This document shows, piece by piece, positions 51,372 through 62,274 of a stretch of DNA of 64,000 nucleotides. Source of the DNA: Eremomyces bilateralis CBS 781.70 (taxonomy: Eukaryota); the NCBI GenBank assembly GCA_010015585.1, contig ML975151.1. One strand, written 5' to 3'. Position 1 is the stretch's first letter, and each line of letters opens with the position of its first letter. Made by a program: the position numbers and the translations under genes. Under the pieces are notes generated by a model that saw only the letters and a list, made by a program, of their open reading frames with translations, did not search any database and had not been told where the DNA came from.

Positions 51372-53259
51372 TCGAACGAATCGATCGACCGGGTGAATGT
51401 CTCGCTCAAGCCTAGACTTGTGCGGACATGTCTCGCAGCTTGCAATGACATGAATACCAACAGCCCCAACCATTCACAAGGTTGTGGATCTTGGTCGACT
51501 GCACATCCTGATTGGCACCGCAATATTAGGCTGATTCCTCACTTCGGATCGCCACTGTGAACTCAGCTCAGAGGTTCATACCACGGCATTTGGAGAAACA
51601 CACCAACTGGATTTGAAGACAGCCCAACCAATCCTCGTGCATCGGTTGTCTCGGTCTGCCAAAGCTACCGAAGACACTTCTGGGAGCGGATCATGGGCAT
51701 GGTGCGACGGAAATGAGCATCATTGGGTGCTTATGCAGGTCGACTATACAATGAGAAGCTGTATGCAGTATATGACAGACGCAGATCTGATCCATGAGGG
51801 TCCAAATCTGCGGTTTAAATACTATTCACACTACTTTTTTCCAAAGCCTTCGCCGGCAAATTGACACAATTGGACAGTTCGAATGAGAATAACATACCGA
51901 TATGACTATCAAGAATTCAGGATATTTCCGCCAGCCACAACCGCGGAGCTTTATTGGATCACCAGAATAAACCAGCCTTGTCCTGGGACCGTCTGCATGA
52001 CTGACGCCCATTGAGCACTGTGAGAGCTGAAGCCCATCACCACGAGACGATCATCCTACCTGCATCCGTCACAGATCTCCGAGACTGCCGGTCTGTCGGA
52101 TCGGCCTGTTAAAAAATTAGAGTGACCATGCTGGTGAGAGCGTCCGAGCGCTGAGAGATCGGGATTGCAGCAGCTGGCTGGCTTCGTCACGATCCGTCTG
52201 TGCATCCTGATGGTACTTCCGTCCGGCCCGGAAGTTTGCTTCGGCAGCTTCGCCACGATAGAAGTATAATGGTTCGTAAACACGTCTCACATTCGACAAA
52301 GTCTACAAATATGCTCCAGTTATTTCCATGTCTTTAAAGTCTAATACCATTAGAGGTACCTCATGCACGAAATATTACGCTCAATCTTGAAGAGCCCCAT
52401 CCTCCTTCTGCCAAGCCGCCTCAAAACGCCTCTTTCAACAACACAGCTGAAAGCCGGCAACGTTGATCCGCGATTACTGCAAAGAACGCCCCCTACTCCC
52501 CACCATTTGCCGAGTCTGAATTACATAGTGGAGATTGACATTTCTTCGTAGGCGATGTAGTGTTTCAATGCTCTTTGTGGATAGTAGGGGGGAATTTCGC
52601 GACTCACTTCCGTTCGGACCCACCAGTGACCAGATACTCAGTCCCGTCTCGCATAAACCACCACCCTCGGGTATAGATTCGAAGGCGGACAAGGCACACG
52701 CGACCTTGCCGGGTTGGCTCTATGGTCATCTACTTTCAAAGTGGGTTGGAACGTGGGAGGCGCCGTGCCGTGACAGCTGAGGCCTTGGATCCGTGCCGTC
52801 TCGTGGTTTCAAGGTTCGTTTGCAGGCGGAATCTCTCCCTCGCGTGAGACCCAACACGGCCCTTAGCTAGGTACGCAATCGAGGATTCATCGTCATCTAG
52901 ACGAGGATGAGGAGTCGAATCAGCCGGGCAAGGTTGGTCAGATGCGTCACCGTCTATTGGGGCTGCAACGGACGACAGGTTCACGTACATGTAAGATCGG
53001 GGTGAAATTTATGGCATCCTTCACGTCTTTATATACTGTGGACCCCCTTCCCCTCTCCAGGGCGTCTCGTATTGCGCTGCGTTCTATAAGCGCTTGCCTG
53101 CTTGCAGTCCCCGCGATCGACCAAATCCTGTCAGTAGCTGATATACTCTTGTACCTGTCTCTGGCAGATCGGTTTGATTGAATCCCGCAATATACCAGAC
53201 CCTAGCTGGTTGACACGGCTTATCGCAAACAAACTCGCCTCTTTCTTCGAGTACATCAA

Positions 53260-54204
53260 TTGGAATCCTATGGCAATATCGACAGTATAAAGCTACTCGG
53301 CATTCCGGTATTGCTACGCACAACGCCCCCTCCAGTCATTCGTTTTTCTCTCCTCTCCAATTGGCACATCCCACATCAGGCCCTGTCCTACTTTTCAGCT
53401 CATCGATGCCTTGTGATCGGTGCTCTACTTTTTCTCGTACTCGTCAGTATCACAGCCGCTGCCGTCTTGAGGCTGCGGCATCGTGCAAGAGGAAGAACCT
53501 ATCATCCGAGGTTCGACCTCCGGGCCGTCAACATGCCCGATAATCAGCCTGGCACTCCGTACATGCTCGAAGCGAAGGTGCCCAATCAGCTCGGTCCGCA
53601 GACTGAAAAAGGGACGTCGGGCTCGGAACCCATGGGATCGGGACAGCCGATCGCATTTACAAGGCCCCCCGAGCCCCTCCCAGGTCCCGAAAACCATCCC
53701 TTCTTCGCCGACGTCGCCGGGCCGCTGTCGCCGTCGGCCGAGACGAATCCCACGTTGCCCTCTCCCGTCACCCCTCTGGAGAATGCTGCTGCGCAAAACG
53801 ACACCACCATGTCGGATGATGGTCCACCGTCATTGTCGAATGTACCGCCCCCTTCTTTTCCCACCATCAGACCTCTTTCCCCTGCCGCTCTCGCTCCTAC
53901 TGCCACCCCGACGCACGCCACTGGGCGGGATGATGACGACGGAACCGCAGATCGACCAACCGATGCGCCGGCTAAGACTTCAACGCCCTTGAAGACGAGC
54001 GCGTACTCGTATCGCTATCGACTGCCTCACGGAGGCACCGACACGGAGCCGGGTACCACGAGCAAAGAAGTGCACATCCAGGGGTTCCTGTGGCATGGTC
54101 GCTCGTGGAGGAGGAACATGTGGTTTGCCGAAGTGGCCGCGGCGGATGGCATGGTGGAAGGGACTGAGCGGAGCCCGTCTTCGGAACGGGAGATATCGGC
54201 ATGA
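53260..54204 (+). CDS. Hypothetical single-TM, Pro/Thr-rich protein; true start uncertain (possibly an upstream exon from ATG 53011)
   Basis: Long open frame with one hydrophobic helix (CLVIGALLFLVLVSITAAAVL) followed by basic residues and a disordered Pro-rich tail ending …GRSWRRNMWF…. The ORF-track start is TTG, not ATG. Confidence 0.5.
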   Translation: MESYGNIDSIKLLGIPVLLRTTPPPVIRFSLLSNWHIPHQALSYFSAHRCLVIGALLFLVLVSITAAAVLRLRHRARGRTYHPRFDLRAVNMPDNQPGTPYMLEAKVPNQLGPQTEKGTSGSEPMGSGQPIAFTRPPEPLPGPENHPFFADVAGPLSPSAETNPTLPSPVTPLENAAAQNDTTMSDDGPPSLSNVPPPSFPTIRPLSPAALAPTATPTHATGRDDDDGTADRPTDAPAKTSTPLKTSAYSYRYRLPHGGTDTEPGTTSKEVHIQGFLWHGRSWRRNMWFAEVAAADGMVEGTERSPSSEREISA

Positions 54205-55535
54205 TGCGTGCTTTCGGCCGGTTCCTAGCATTGGGTGTTCCCTAGGAGGATATGGTATCAGATTGGATGACTTGGGGGTTTTCAATAGGAGTTTGGTCTG
54301 GCTGGATAGCCTGGCACGTTTGTCCGGATCGCGGTTCTGGGGAACGCATTGGGGATATATGACCGCCTATTCATGGTCACGATTGAAATATAACTGGGCG
54401 GAGCCATCGTAGTTTTTCAGCCCTTGCGTTGGCGAAATGTTCGATTCGATGAACAGAAGTTGCATCTCGATTCCACACCATCAATGACACAATGTGATTC
54501 AACGGCCTTGGAACTCACCATATCCGATTGACGTGAAAGCTTTCGCGAAGCCCTCGATCCCCAACCTCACGCACCCATGGACGCTCATGTGCCATGCGAA
54601 CCCAGTTTCTCGGCATCGAGCGGGGTGAAGGCGGAAAACTGCAGACATCAACAGATGAGGTATCTAATCAACGCACCCATCGCGAGGCATCGACGCTCTG
54701 GGGAATTTCATAGGCTCGACGGCTCTGGGTTTTGCTGGTCCATTGCAAGGCTTGTCCCAGTCGGTCGTGATAACAAGCAGCGCCGAGGATGAGACGGGAT
54801 ATTTGCCTTAACTCAAGTCTCAACTCTCAAGCTAGTAGCTGCTGTGTTCCCTCAGGGTCTATATCTTGTACTATATCCTACTCGTGTGACACGGGACACC
54901 ACAAAATGGTAATATACACTATCTTGGTCTTCCAACTTCCAAGACACCATACGATGGGCTAGGGCAGGGTCTCCGGACGGACTCCTCCTTCTGGAAGCAA
55001 GCTTTAGATGAGAATGCCGAGGAAGGCTTAGTGGTACTCTGATGACCACCTGCCACCTGGCACCCGGAATATCTCGATGCTCGTCTCGTCGGATGATAGG
55101 CTGATCTATAGTTTCCGGAGATCCCGACTATTTGTCTCCCCGGCTCCCTAGCATTACACAAATCATAATACTGCAGACCTATGTCGCGGTCTCGGAGATT
55201 TCTAATGCGCCAGGAAAGGACCCGTCTGCTAGTTGGCTTCATTTCCGATTATGCAGTGCGTTGAGACTTGGAAAATAGTAGGAAAGGGTATCGGACTGCG
55301 TTCGCATCACACGTTCGAGCATTGACGTCACTTGTAAATCTGGTAGCCACCAATCCAAAGTCCAAACCAACACCACATTCCCCAGCCCAATGATAGGAAT
55401 TAGAATCTTCCAATTGAACCGATAATAATATCTTCTGCAAAGGAGTCACATTCCGATGTACCAGATCCCCGTGGATCGACTCCTCGTGATCGAGATTGAA
55501 CGGATAATTGATCCATGCAAGTTATGGAACAGAAT

Positions 55536-55581
55536 TGGGCATCCAAGCCGCGAGCCAATGGGCATCCAAGCCGCGAGCCAA
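55536..55581. repeat. Perfect 23-bp tandem duplication TGGGCATCCAAGCCGCGAGCCAA x2 upstream of NHA1
   Basis: Read directly at 55536-55558 and 55559-55581. Confidence 0.92.
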
Positions 55582-56373
55582 GGGCCAAGACCGCCGAACA
55601 GCTACAAGCCGCGATAAAGGTGGGGAGACAACTCAGACAAGGCGAACCCGAGAACTCTTGTCTCTGCTCGTGAGAGTCTTGACGGAGCGGCGTGTGTCTT
55701 GACTCCCTCTGTAGTCTGCACAAGAAAAAAAAGGCTTGGATACTTCTATCTCCATTCTCAAAGGCTCCAACGGTCTTTCCAAATACTTCCTCACCTCATC
55801 ATTCGTTCGCCACTTGACCTTTCCTATCCAGTCTTCTCTCCAGAGGGTTCTACTAGATGATCTCTGCATACTACAAAACCTCCTCACTCGTACAGACTAT
55901 GCTCTTTCGCTTCTCTCCAACCGACCACACCTTCACGCTGGTCGCAATCCCTCATTCGCTTTTTGACTAAGCCCTAATCTCGAGACCGAACAATTCTCTC
56001 TGGCTGAGAGCCCTCCGAACTTCTATGCGGCGCGATTGACTCGCTTCTGTAGGCAATTGACGGCCGCGACTGTCCGCGACCAATTTCTACATGAGGTACG
56101 AATCGACTTCGATACGGATCCCAACAATCTCGAACGGCTGGCTTCGGACTGCCACCGTCGGTCCTCGTCGACCTCCCTAGAGCCAGTCAAGGCCTCGTCG
56201 ATACTATCGTTGCCTACACGGAGGAGACTCCAGTCTTGAATAGTAGTCGTTGCTCCATCTTCGACCATACCGATATTATTTCACCTGCGAATTTGGGTTG
56301 GCATCCTGCTCAATTATTATACCCTCGACATTAGACTTTTACCTTCGTTGCTAGCGGAGATACTCCCATAATT

Positions 56374-59300
56374 ATGGCGTGGGATCATCTATCTATAAAC
56401 CGACCGCATCTGGTCTACATCATCCTCGGTGGCTTCACCAGCTTGTTCATGCTGTGCTCGTCCCTCATCAAAGAGCGCCTGTACATCGGCGAAGCCACTG
56501 TAGCCACCATCTGTGGCATAATCTTCGGTCCCCATGCCGCGAACCTGATCGACCCCATGACATGGGGGAACACCGATCAAATCACCCTCGAATTCTCACG
56601 CATTGTCTTGGTTGTGCAATGCTTCGCGATTGGCGTCGAATTGCCGCGATCGTACATGGAGAAGCATTGGCGGTCGGTCACGTTGTTGCTCGTCCCGGTC
56701 ATGACTTTTGGGTGGCTAATCACCTCTTTATTCATTTGGTGGATGTTCCATGAGCAGATGAACTGGCTGGACAGTCTTATCGTTGCGGCATGCGTGACGG
56801 CCACCGATCCCGTTTTGGCATCCTCCGTTGTTGGAAAGGGCAAATTCGCAAAGCGTATCCCGAAGCACTTGCGAGACCTCCTCTCCGCGGAATCAGGCTG
56901 CAATGACGGAATGGCCTTTCCGTTCATTTACATCGGCCTATATATTATTCGATATCGACCGGACGCGAACAAGGTCGCTTTCCATTGGTTCTGCTTCACC
57001 GTTCTGTACGAGTGCGTCTTCGGTGCTATCTATGGCGTTTTAATCGGCTATATTGCTCGTCGGGCCATTCGGTACGCGCACGAGAGGGACTTCATCGACA
57101 GGGAGAGCTTCCTTGTGTTCTACTTCGTGCTGGCCTTGTTCTGTGCTGGCTCCGGCAGTATCCTTGGCGTGGACGACCTACTGGTAGGCTTCGCAGCAGG
57201 CGTCGGGTTTAGTAATGACGGGTGGTTTCTCGAGAAAACGGAGGAGTCGCACGTTTCGAACGTCATCGATTTACTGATCAATTTGGCGTTCTTCGTCTAC
57301 TTCGGCACCATCATTCCATGGGAGCAGTTCAACACCGACATTCTCGGCATCCACCCGTGGCAGCTGATAGTGCTTGGGCTCCTCGTCCTATTCTTCCGTC
57401 GGATTCCAATCATGCTGGCTCTGAAGCCAGTTATACCGGATCTCAAGACATGGCGTGAGGCTCTGTTCGCCGGTCACTTTGGTCCTATTGGAGTTGGCGC
57501 GATTTTCATCTGCATCCTTGCACGCGCGGAGTTGGAGACGGAGGGCACGACACCGCTCGCTGAGCTCCCACCTAAAGACTTCGAGCACATGAATGTCATT
57601 GAGATGATTTGGCCGATAACCGCGTTCTTGGTCATCACGTCAATCATTGTGCATGGTTCCTCGATTGCTGTTTTCACGCTTGGAAAGCGAATCAATACCC
57701 TCACTCTCACATTGTCATATACTCAAGATCCTGCGGAAGGTCCCGGTTGGATGGAACGGTTACCCCGGATCCAGTCCAGGTCAAAGAGTCAAGCTTCGAC
57801 GCGCCGTGCGGAAAGCGTTGACTCTGCCCTGGAGGAAAAGGTTGAGCTCACTCCTGGCGGCCTGGCCGTCCCAAAGAATTTCCTACGCCGACAAAAGGAA
57901 GAAGATGCACCATCGCGATCATCCAGTGCTCGACCGTTCCGCAGACGAAAGAGAGATTCGTCTGGATATGGTCTTGGAGGGCCCATCTCTCAAAGTGCAA
58001 TCGAGCCGCTATCTATGCGGCAGAGCGAGTCAGATATCACTGGTGTTGTTTCTCCTACGGAGTCTGGCAGACAAATTTCCGCGACATCGCCTGAAGACGA
58101 TTCCTTGGTCACGGAGACGGACGGCGCTCCTCTGAAAATCACCTTATCGAGCTTACCACCCCAAGTTAGTGAAATCTATCACGAGGGAGACCACTTCGTC
58201 TTCGAGGACCGTGGTGGAAATGTACTAGCTGTGACGCAAACTCGGGGCGAAAACGATGACGAACGAATTAAAAACGCGCAGGAAGACTTATTATCGCAGT
58301 TTGAGTCGCGAGGAGACGAGGAATCTAGGGGGCGCCCGCGCACTCCGAAATCCAGAAGAGCTTCCGCTATACCTGAAGCAAAGAAGGAGGAGGTCTCCGA
58401 TCAGATCGAACCTGTATCAGCCCCGGACCATCACCTTTGGAACTGGCACGAGATACGACGCCGCGTGGGTCAAATCAGACACCATGATGGTGGAGAGCTC
58501 GAAGACCCAGCTAAAGGAAAAGGGCAAAAACGAGGACCGGCCTTGGCGTATCAATTTGGCAATACCATCATCGTCGAGGACGAACATGGCGAAGTCATCA
58601 AGAAATTCGATATTCCCGTGCAGAAGAAATCCGATCGACCTGTTCTTGAGCGCCGAGCAACCATCATGGACGCAAGCAGCGCATGGACTAAAGATGCAGT
58701 TCACAAGATGGGTGGTATGTTCGGTGCTCAACGGCTAGGTCATCAGACCGAACCTGTCGCAGAGGGTGGTGACGTGGAAAAAGGCGAGGCCGGTCCTTCA
58801 ACTGCAGGCCCCTCGGGTCCCGCAAAGAAACCCCATGACGCTGACGCCGACGACGATCGACTACGGTTCCGCGTCGCCGCCGGTGGCCGTAAAATGTCGA
58901 CTGCTGAGTTCATTGAGTCGTTCCGTCAATTAGAACCCAAAGCTCGCATGCTTGCTGTCAACAACTCGGACGCACCGGAGCATGTGAAACAAGAAATCAA
59001 AGCCGATGCCATGGCGCAGCAAGTTCAAAAGGCGCGCGGCGCCCCGGCCGTCAACATCGAGGAGACATCCTCCGGCTCCGTCTCGCCCTCTCGCCGTGCG
59101 CAAGATCCTGCTCGTCCATCCTCAACCCGGTCGAATTCACCGCGCAACGCCCCCCCACGATCGTCGGAATATACTCGTCTCGAGCCCATCCAGTCCCGTT
59201 CTTCTCACACGGACGACGAAGGCAGTCACGAGGTTCCCACGCATCCCCTTGCTGCTGACCTCGCCCGTTTTAATTTCGGCAACCACGGCGGCCAGGAAAC

Positions 59301-59652
59301 GCCAGCCAACCGACGCAGACGGCTCGTCGCCCGTGTCGTCCACACGCCTTCGGACCAAGCCGAGCAAGCGCCCGACGACAACGAAGGCGAAACCACCGCC
59401 GAACGGAAGCGAAGAGAGGGCGCGTTAGGCATCACGGGCGGTGACGAGAACAGTGAGAGCAGCGACGACGAAGAAGAAGGAGAAGGGCCGGGAATGCGAC
59501 GGGTGCCCGACGCCCAGACGCAACGGCAAGCGGTGACGTTCGCCGAACCGAGGCGGCCCACAGCGAGCGACGACGGGGGCGGGGAGGATGGGGAAGCGCA
59601 GGGCAGTGGAGAGACGAGGCGCCGACGTCTGCGATGGGCCGCGGGGAAGTAA
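56374..59652 (+). CDS. NHA1: Plasma-membrane Na+(K+)/H+ antiporter Nha1 (CPA1 family) with long hydrophilic C-tail, single exon, 1092 aa
   Basis: Motifs IKERLYIGEA, QCFAIGVELP, CVTATDPVLASSVVGKGKFA, LSAESGCNDGMAFPF, LGVDDLL, EALFAGHFGPIGVGA and SIIVHGSS. Confidence 0.96.
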   Translation: MAWDHLSINRPHLVYIILGGFTSLFMLCSSLIKERLYIGEATVATICGIIFGPHAANLIDPMTWGNTDQITLEFSRIVLVVQCFAIGVELPRSYMEKHWRSVTLLLVPVMTFGWLITSLFIWWMFHEQMNWLDSLIVAACVTATDPVLASSVVGKGKFAKRIPKHLRDLLSAESGCNDGMAFPFIYIGLYIIRYRPDANKVAFHWFCFTVLYECVFGAIYGVLIGYIARRAIRYAHERDFIDRESFLVFYFVLALFCAGSGSILGVDDLLVGFAAGVGFSNDGWFLEKTEESHVSNVIDLLINLAFFVYFGTIIPWEQFNTDILGIHPWQLIVLGLLVLFFRRIPIMLALKPVIPDLKTWREALFAGHFGPIGVGAIFICILARAELETEGTTPLAELPPKDFEHMNVIEMIWPITAFLVITSIIVHGSSIAVFTLGKRINTLTLTLSYTQDPAEGPGWMERLPRIQSRSKSQASTRRAESVDSALEEKVELTPGGLAVPKNFLRRQKEEDAPSRSSSARPFRRRKRDSSGYGLGGPISQSAIEPLSMRQSESDITGVVSPTESGRQISATSPEDDSLVTETDGAPLKITLSSLPPQVSEIYHEGDHFVFEDRGGNVLAVTQTRGENDDERIKNAQEDLLSQFESRGDEESRGRPRTPKSRRASAIPEAKKEEVSDQIEPVSAPDHHLWNWHEIRRRVGQIRHHDGGELEDPAKGKGQKRGPALAYQFGNTIIVEDEHGEVIKKFDIPVQKKSDRPVLERRATIMDASSAWTKDAVHKMGGMFGAQRLGHQTEPVAEGGDVEKGEAGPSTAGPSGPAKKPHDADADDDRLRFRVAAGGRKMSTAEFIESFRQLEPKARMLAVNNSDAPEHVKQEIKADAMAQQVQKARGAPAVNIEETSSGSVSPSRRAQDPARPSSTRSNSPRNAPPRSSEYTRLEPIQSRSSHTDDEGSHEVPTHPLAADLARFNFGNHGGQETPANRRRRLVARVVHTPSDQAEQAPDDNEGETTAERKRREGALGITGGDENSESSDDEEEGEGPGMRRVPDAQTQRQAVTFAEPRRPTASDDGGGEDGEAQGSGETRRRRLRWAAGK

Positions 59653-60033
59653 GTGAGTGGCGGTCGTTTCGACCGTCCGGGATTGCGAACAGCTATATAT
59701 CTTTCCTTTTTGCATGGAGTTTAGCAGCGGTTCTATCGTTCAGCGTAGTATCGCGATTGTGTGCGAGGAAAAGAGAGGCGGCACTTGATGATTGGTGATC
59801 ATTGCTGCGGTGGAAAGGGGCATTACTAGACTAACTAAACTTCATGTAGCTAATCAACGCATTCATTGATACCCAGTCCAACCTGTCATATACACATCAC
59901 GTCTCCCACGATGAGAATATCGCCAATGTAGCAGCGGACAGTCTATTTATCCGTAGTTCGCCCGGAAACACCACTGAAAGCAGCTACAGCCCACAGGATA
60001 TTGCTCCTCACTCCTAGTCCATCCATTTACTGA

Positions 60034-60295
60034 TCATCGGGGTCGATAGATTCCAAAGTTGTCAAACTCCTTAAGTGAATCGGCACTAATAGCTGTTAAT
60101 GACTGGCGTCTCCACTGTCCCTGACTAAGACGCACCTAATGCCTTGTCGCGGACTTACTAAAGGAACAGGATTCGACCGGTGTTGAAGCGTGGCCGACTC
60201 TTGCGGTCGACCTCTTTGAAGTCCCGTCGAGGATGGACGAAGTTTTTGAAAGACTGCCATATATACTTCAAAGTGTTTCTGAGATGGGAAGACAT
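60034..60295 (-). CDS. Candidate 62-aa basic microprotein; 2 exons (60295-60159, 60085-60034); the unspliced form gives 45 aa
   Basis: TATAAAA at 60439-60433, GCC-ATG start context, GTAAGT donor at 60158, TTAAC branch near 60099-60095 and TAG acceptor at 60086. Product MSSHLRNTLKYIWQSFKNFVHPRRDFKEVDRKSRPRFNTGRILFLYADSLKEFDNFGIYRPR. Confidence 0.45.
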
Positions 60296-62274
60296 GGCGA
60301 TGGGGAAGGTTAGGGACAACCTTTATTGACTGAACTAACTGAGTGAACTGATTGAGTTTTCCACTGCGAAAGGCTCCGTATTCTGTCTGGAAACTACGTG
60401 AACATTCTGAACTCTATAGACAGAATGCTCTGTTTTATAGACGGACTGACACAGCACAACTAAAAAAGACATAACGACATTCTGTTGCGGAGAAAAGTAC
60501 GATCAGGCTTCCAATACAGCTTCCTCGGTGACCCATAAGGCGTATCGTGGCTGATTCCCATCACGCCCTTCCCTTGACTGTGGCTTCAACCGGGTTACCA
60601 ATCCAGCTGAACGAACCGAGTTCGAGTCACCGAGACAGAGCAATATTTTGATGCCATTGGCGGCGTCGGCATCGCATATTTCGCGGGATTAGTTATCACC
60701 GTAGTTAAGTCCCGTCAGCACCGACAGTCCGAGGTACGGGAAAGAAAAGTGACTAGAGACAATTACAGAGCGACGATCTGAATGCTCGACTCAAGACATG
60801 TGTTCTTCTTGCCGCCACCAACATTGTGCAAGAAAACAACTGCTGACTGATGGAAACATCACAAGACTCTATTGCGTCAGACTGCGACTGAAACGAGGGA
60901 ATTCTGGGCGTCGAGTTCTACGAGCGGCAGAGTTCGGCTAACAAATGTTTGCGATGCGACTGGCAATACCATATAAAGCACCCGATGAAAAACAAACGGC
61001 TGCCGAGTCTCCATGCACTCCAACACCATTCGGGGGGCATGGAAGGACGGCGCAGGAGGGTCACCCATTGAAATTTGTCAGTACGCTCGAGAAATGGTAT
61101 TTTAGTCAGTAAATACTGGTAACTAGTTAGTTATAAGACTGGACTACACCTATGTGGCGTCGCAGGGTTCAATCCTTGCATCCTGACTGTAAATTGCAAT
61201 GGACAGTACGAAGTAAGGTAGGTCATGATCGATAGTCTTATCGATAGCCCACCACCAATACTCGATCCCTAATAGTATCCGGCAGTGGTCGGTTTCGAAG
61301 AATCGGTGAGCTCCTTGCGAGATGTGGCTTCGTGATGATGGGGTGACCTGACATTCGGATTTGAAATATATATGTAACGCCAGTACCTCCAGCTACGCAC
61401 TGGAATTCTGGAAAGCCCTGCAGAAAATCAGTTCGTATCTCAGAACCTTACCCACTCGTATGCTAGAATCATAATTAGTAGATCCTGTAAGGTAACGGGC
61501 TCTAGTGGCATGGCCAGCAATGTGTGCCGTCTTTCTGATACTTATACCTTCCACATTTCTCCGGCGATAGCGATTTGTCTTCACCAGGGGATGATGGCGG
61601 TCCATTGGACACCAGTATCGCGGATTTCGTATGCAACATCTATACTGTCCTATACCAGTCAATTATCCGCTACTCGATCAAATTATTAAATTCTCCAAAT
61701 CCTCTTCTTTTGATTTTCTCTTGTAGCCCCGAATTCGAGAGGTACATAGGCACATGGGAAGGTGCTGGTATTCACTGGGCAGTGGTGTAATTCCTGAGCT
61801 GCGCTGCTCACTTCTCAGTGGTCTCGGACGGGAACGTATGTCCTGATATACATGTAAATTATTTAACGGCTCATTGTAAATTCAGGAGTACCTACATGTA
61901 GGAGGCCGTCAGATTTGATGTTAAGAGATATTGGGATGGATATTCCTTGTCTCGGTTTAGTTGGTCTGGCCAGACCGCCAGCTGAGGTCAGTGTTGGCTT
62001 GGACCCACTGAGCCCTGCCAGGGTTTCTCACACCCTGAGGGTCAACCTTCAACGTCCTGCGTAAATAATACATACATATGCCATGACTATCTGGTTTCAT
62101 ACCGAGAAATTGCATTTCAATCACTTCTAGAACAGACCTGCCTTCAAGTTTGCCACCTGGGCCATCATCCGAACGATCCTATGCGCCCTGGAGATCCTCA
62201 GCAATGTGAATCACCCTCTGCGCCCGGTTCCTTTAATCCGAGCAAACCGAACTGAACATCAGGACAACCTCATC

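Noticed and set aside
55536..55615. 23-bp direct repeats as a CRISPR-like array
   Set aside because: The copies are adjacent with no spacers, the context is eukaryotic and there are no cas genes.
60305..60320. GGTTAGGG/CCCTAACC as a possible telomerase RNA template, with a downstream GTAAGT
   Set aside because: The match is only 8 nt and just ~150 nt from the donor. I saw no pseudoknot or CR4/5 element, and filamentous-fungal telomerase RNAs are far longer. The small-ORF model fits better.
61395..61455. - strand GGTTCTGAGATACGAACTGAT resembling the start of a TPP riboswitch
   Set aside because: It lacks the conserved CUUGAU…GGAUAAUACC..GCG..AGG half, and no thiamine gene is adjacent.
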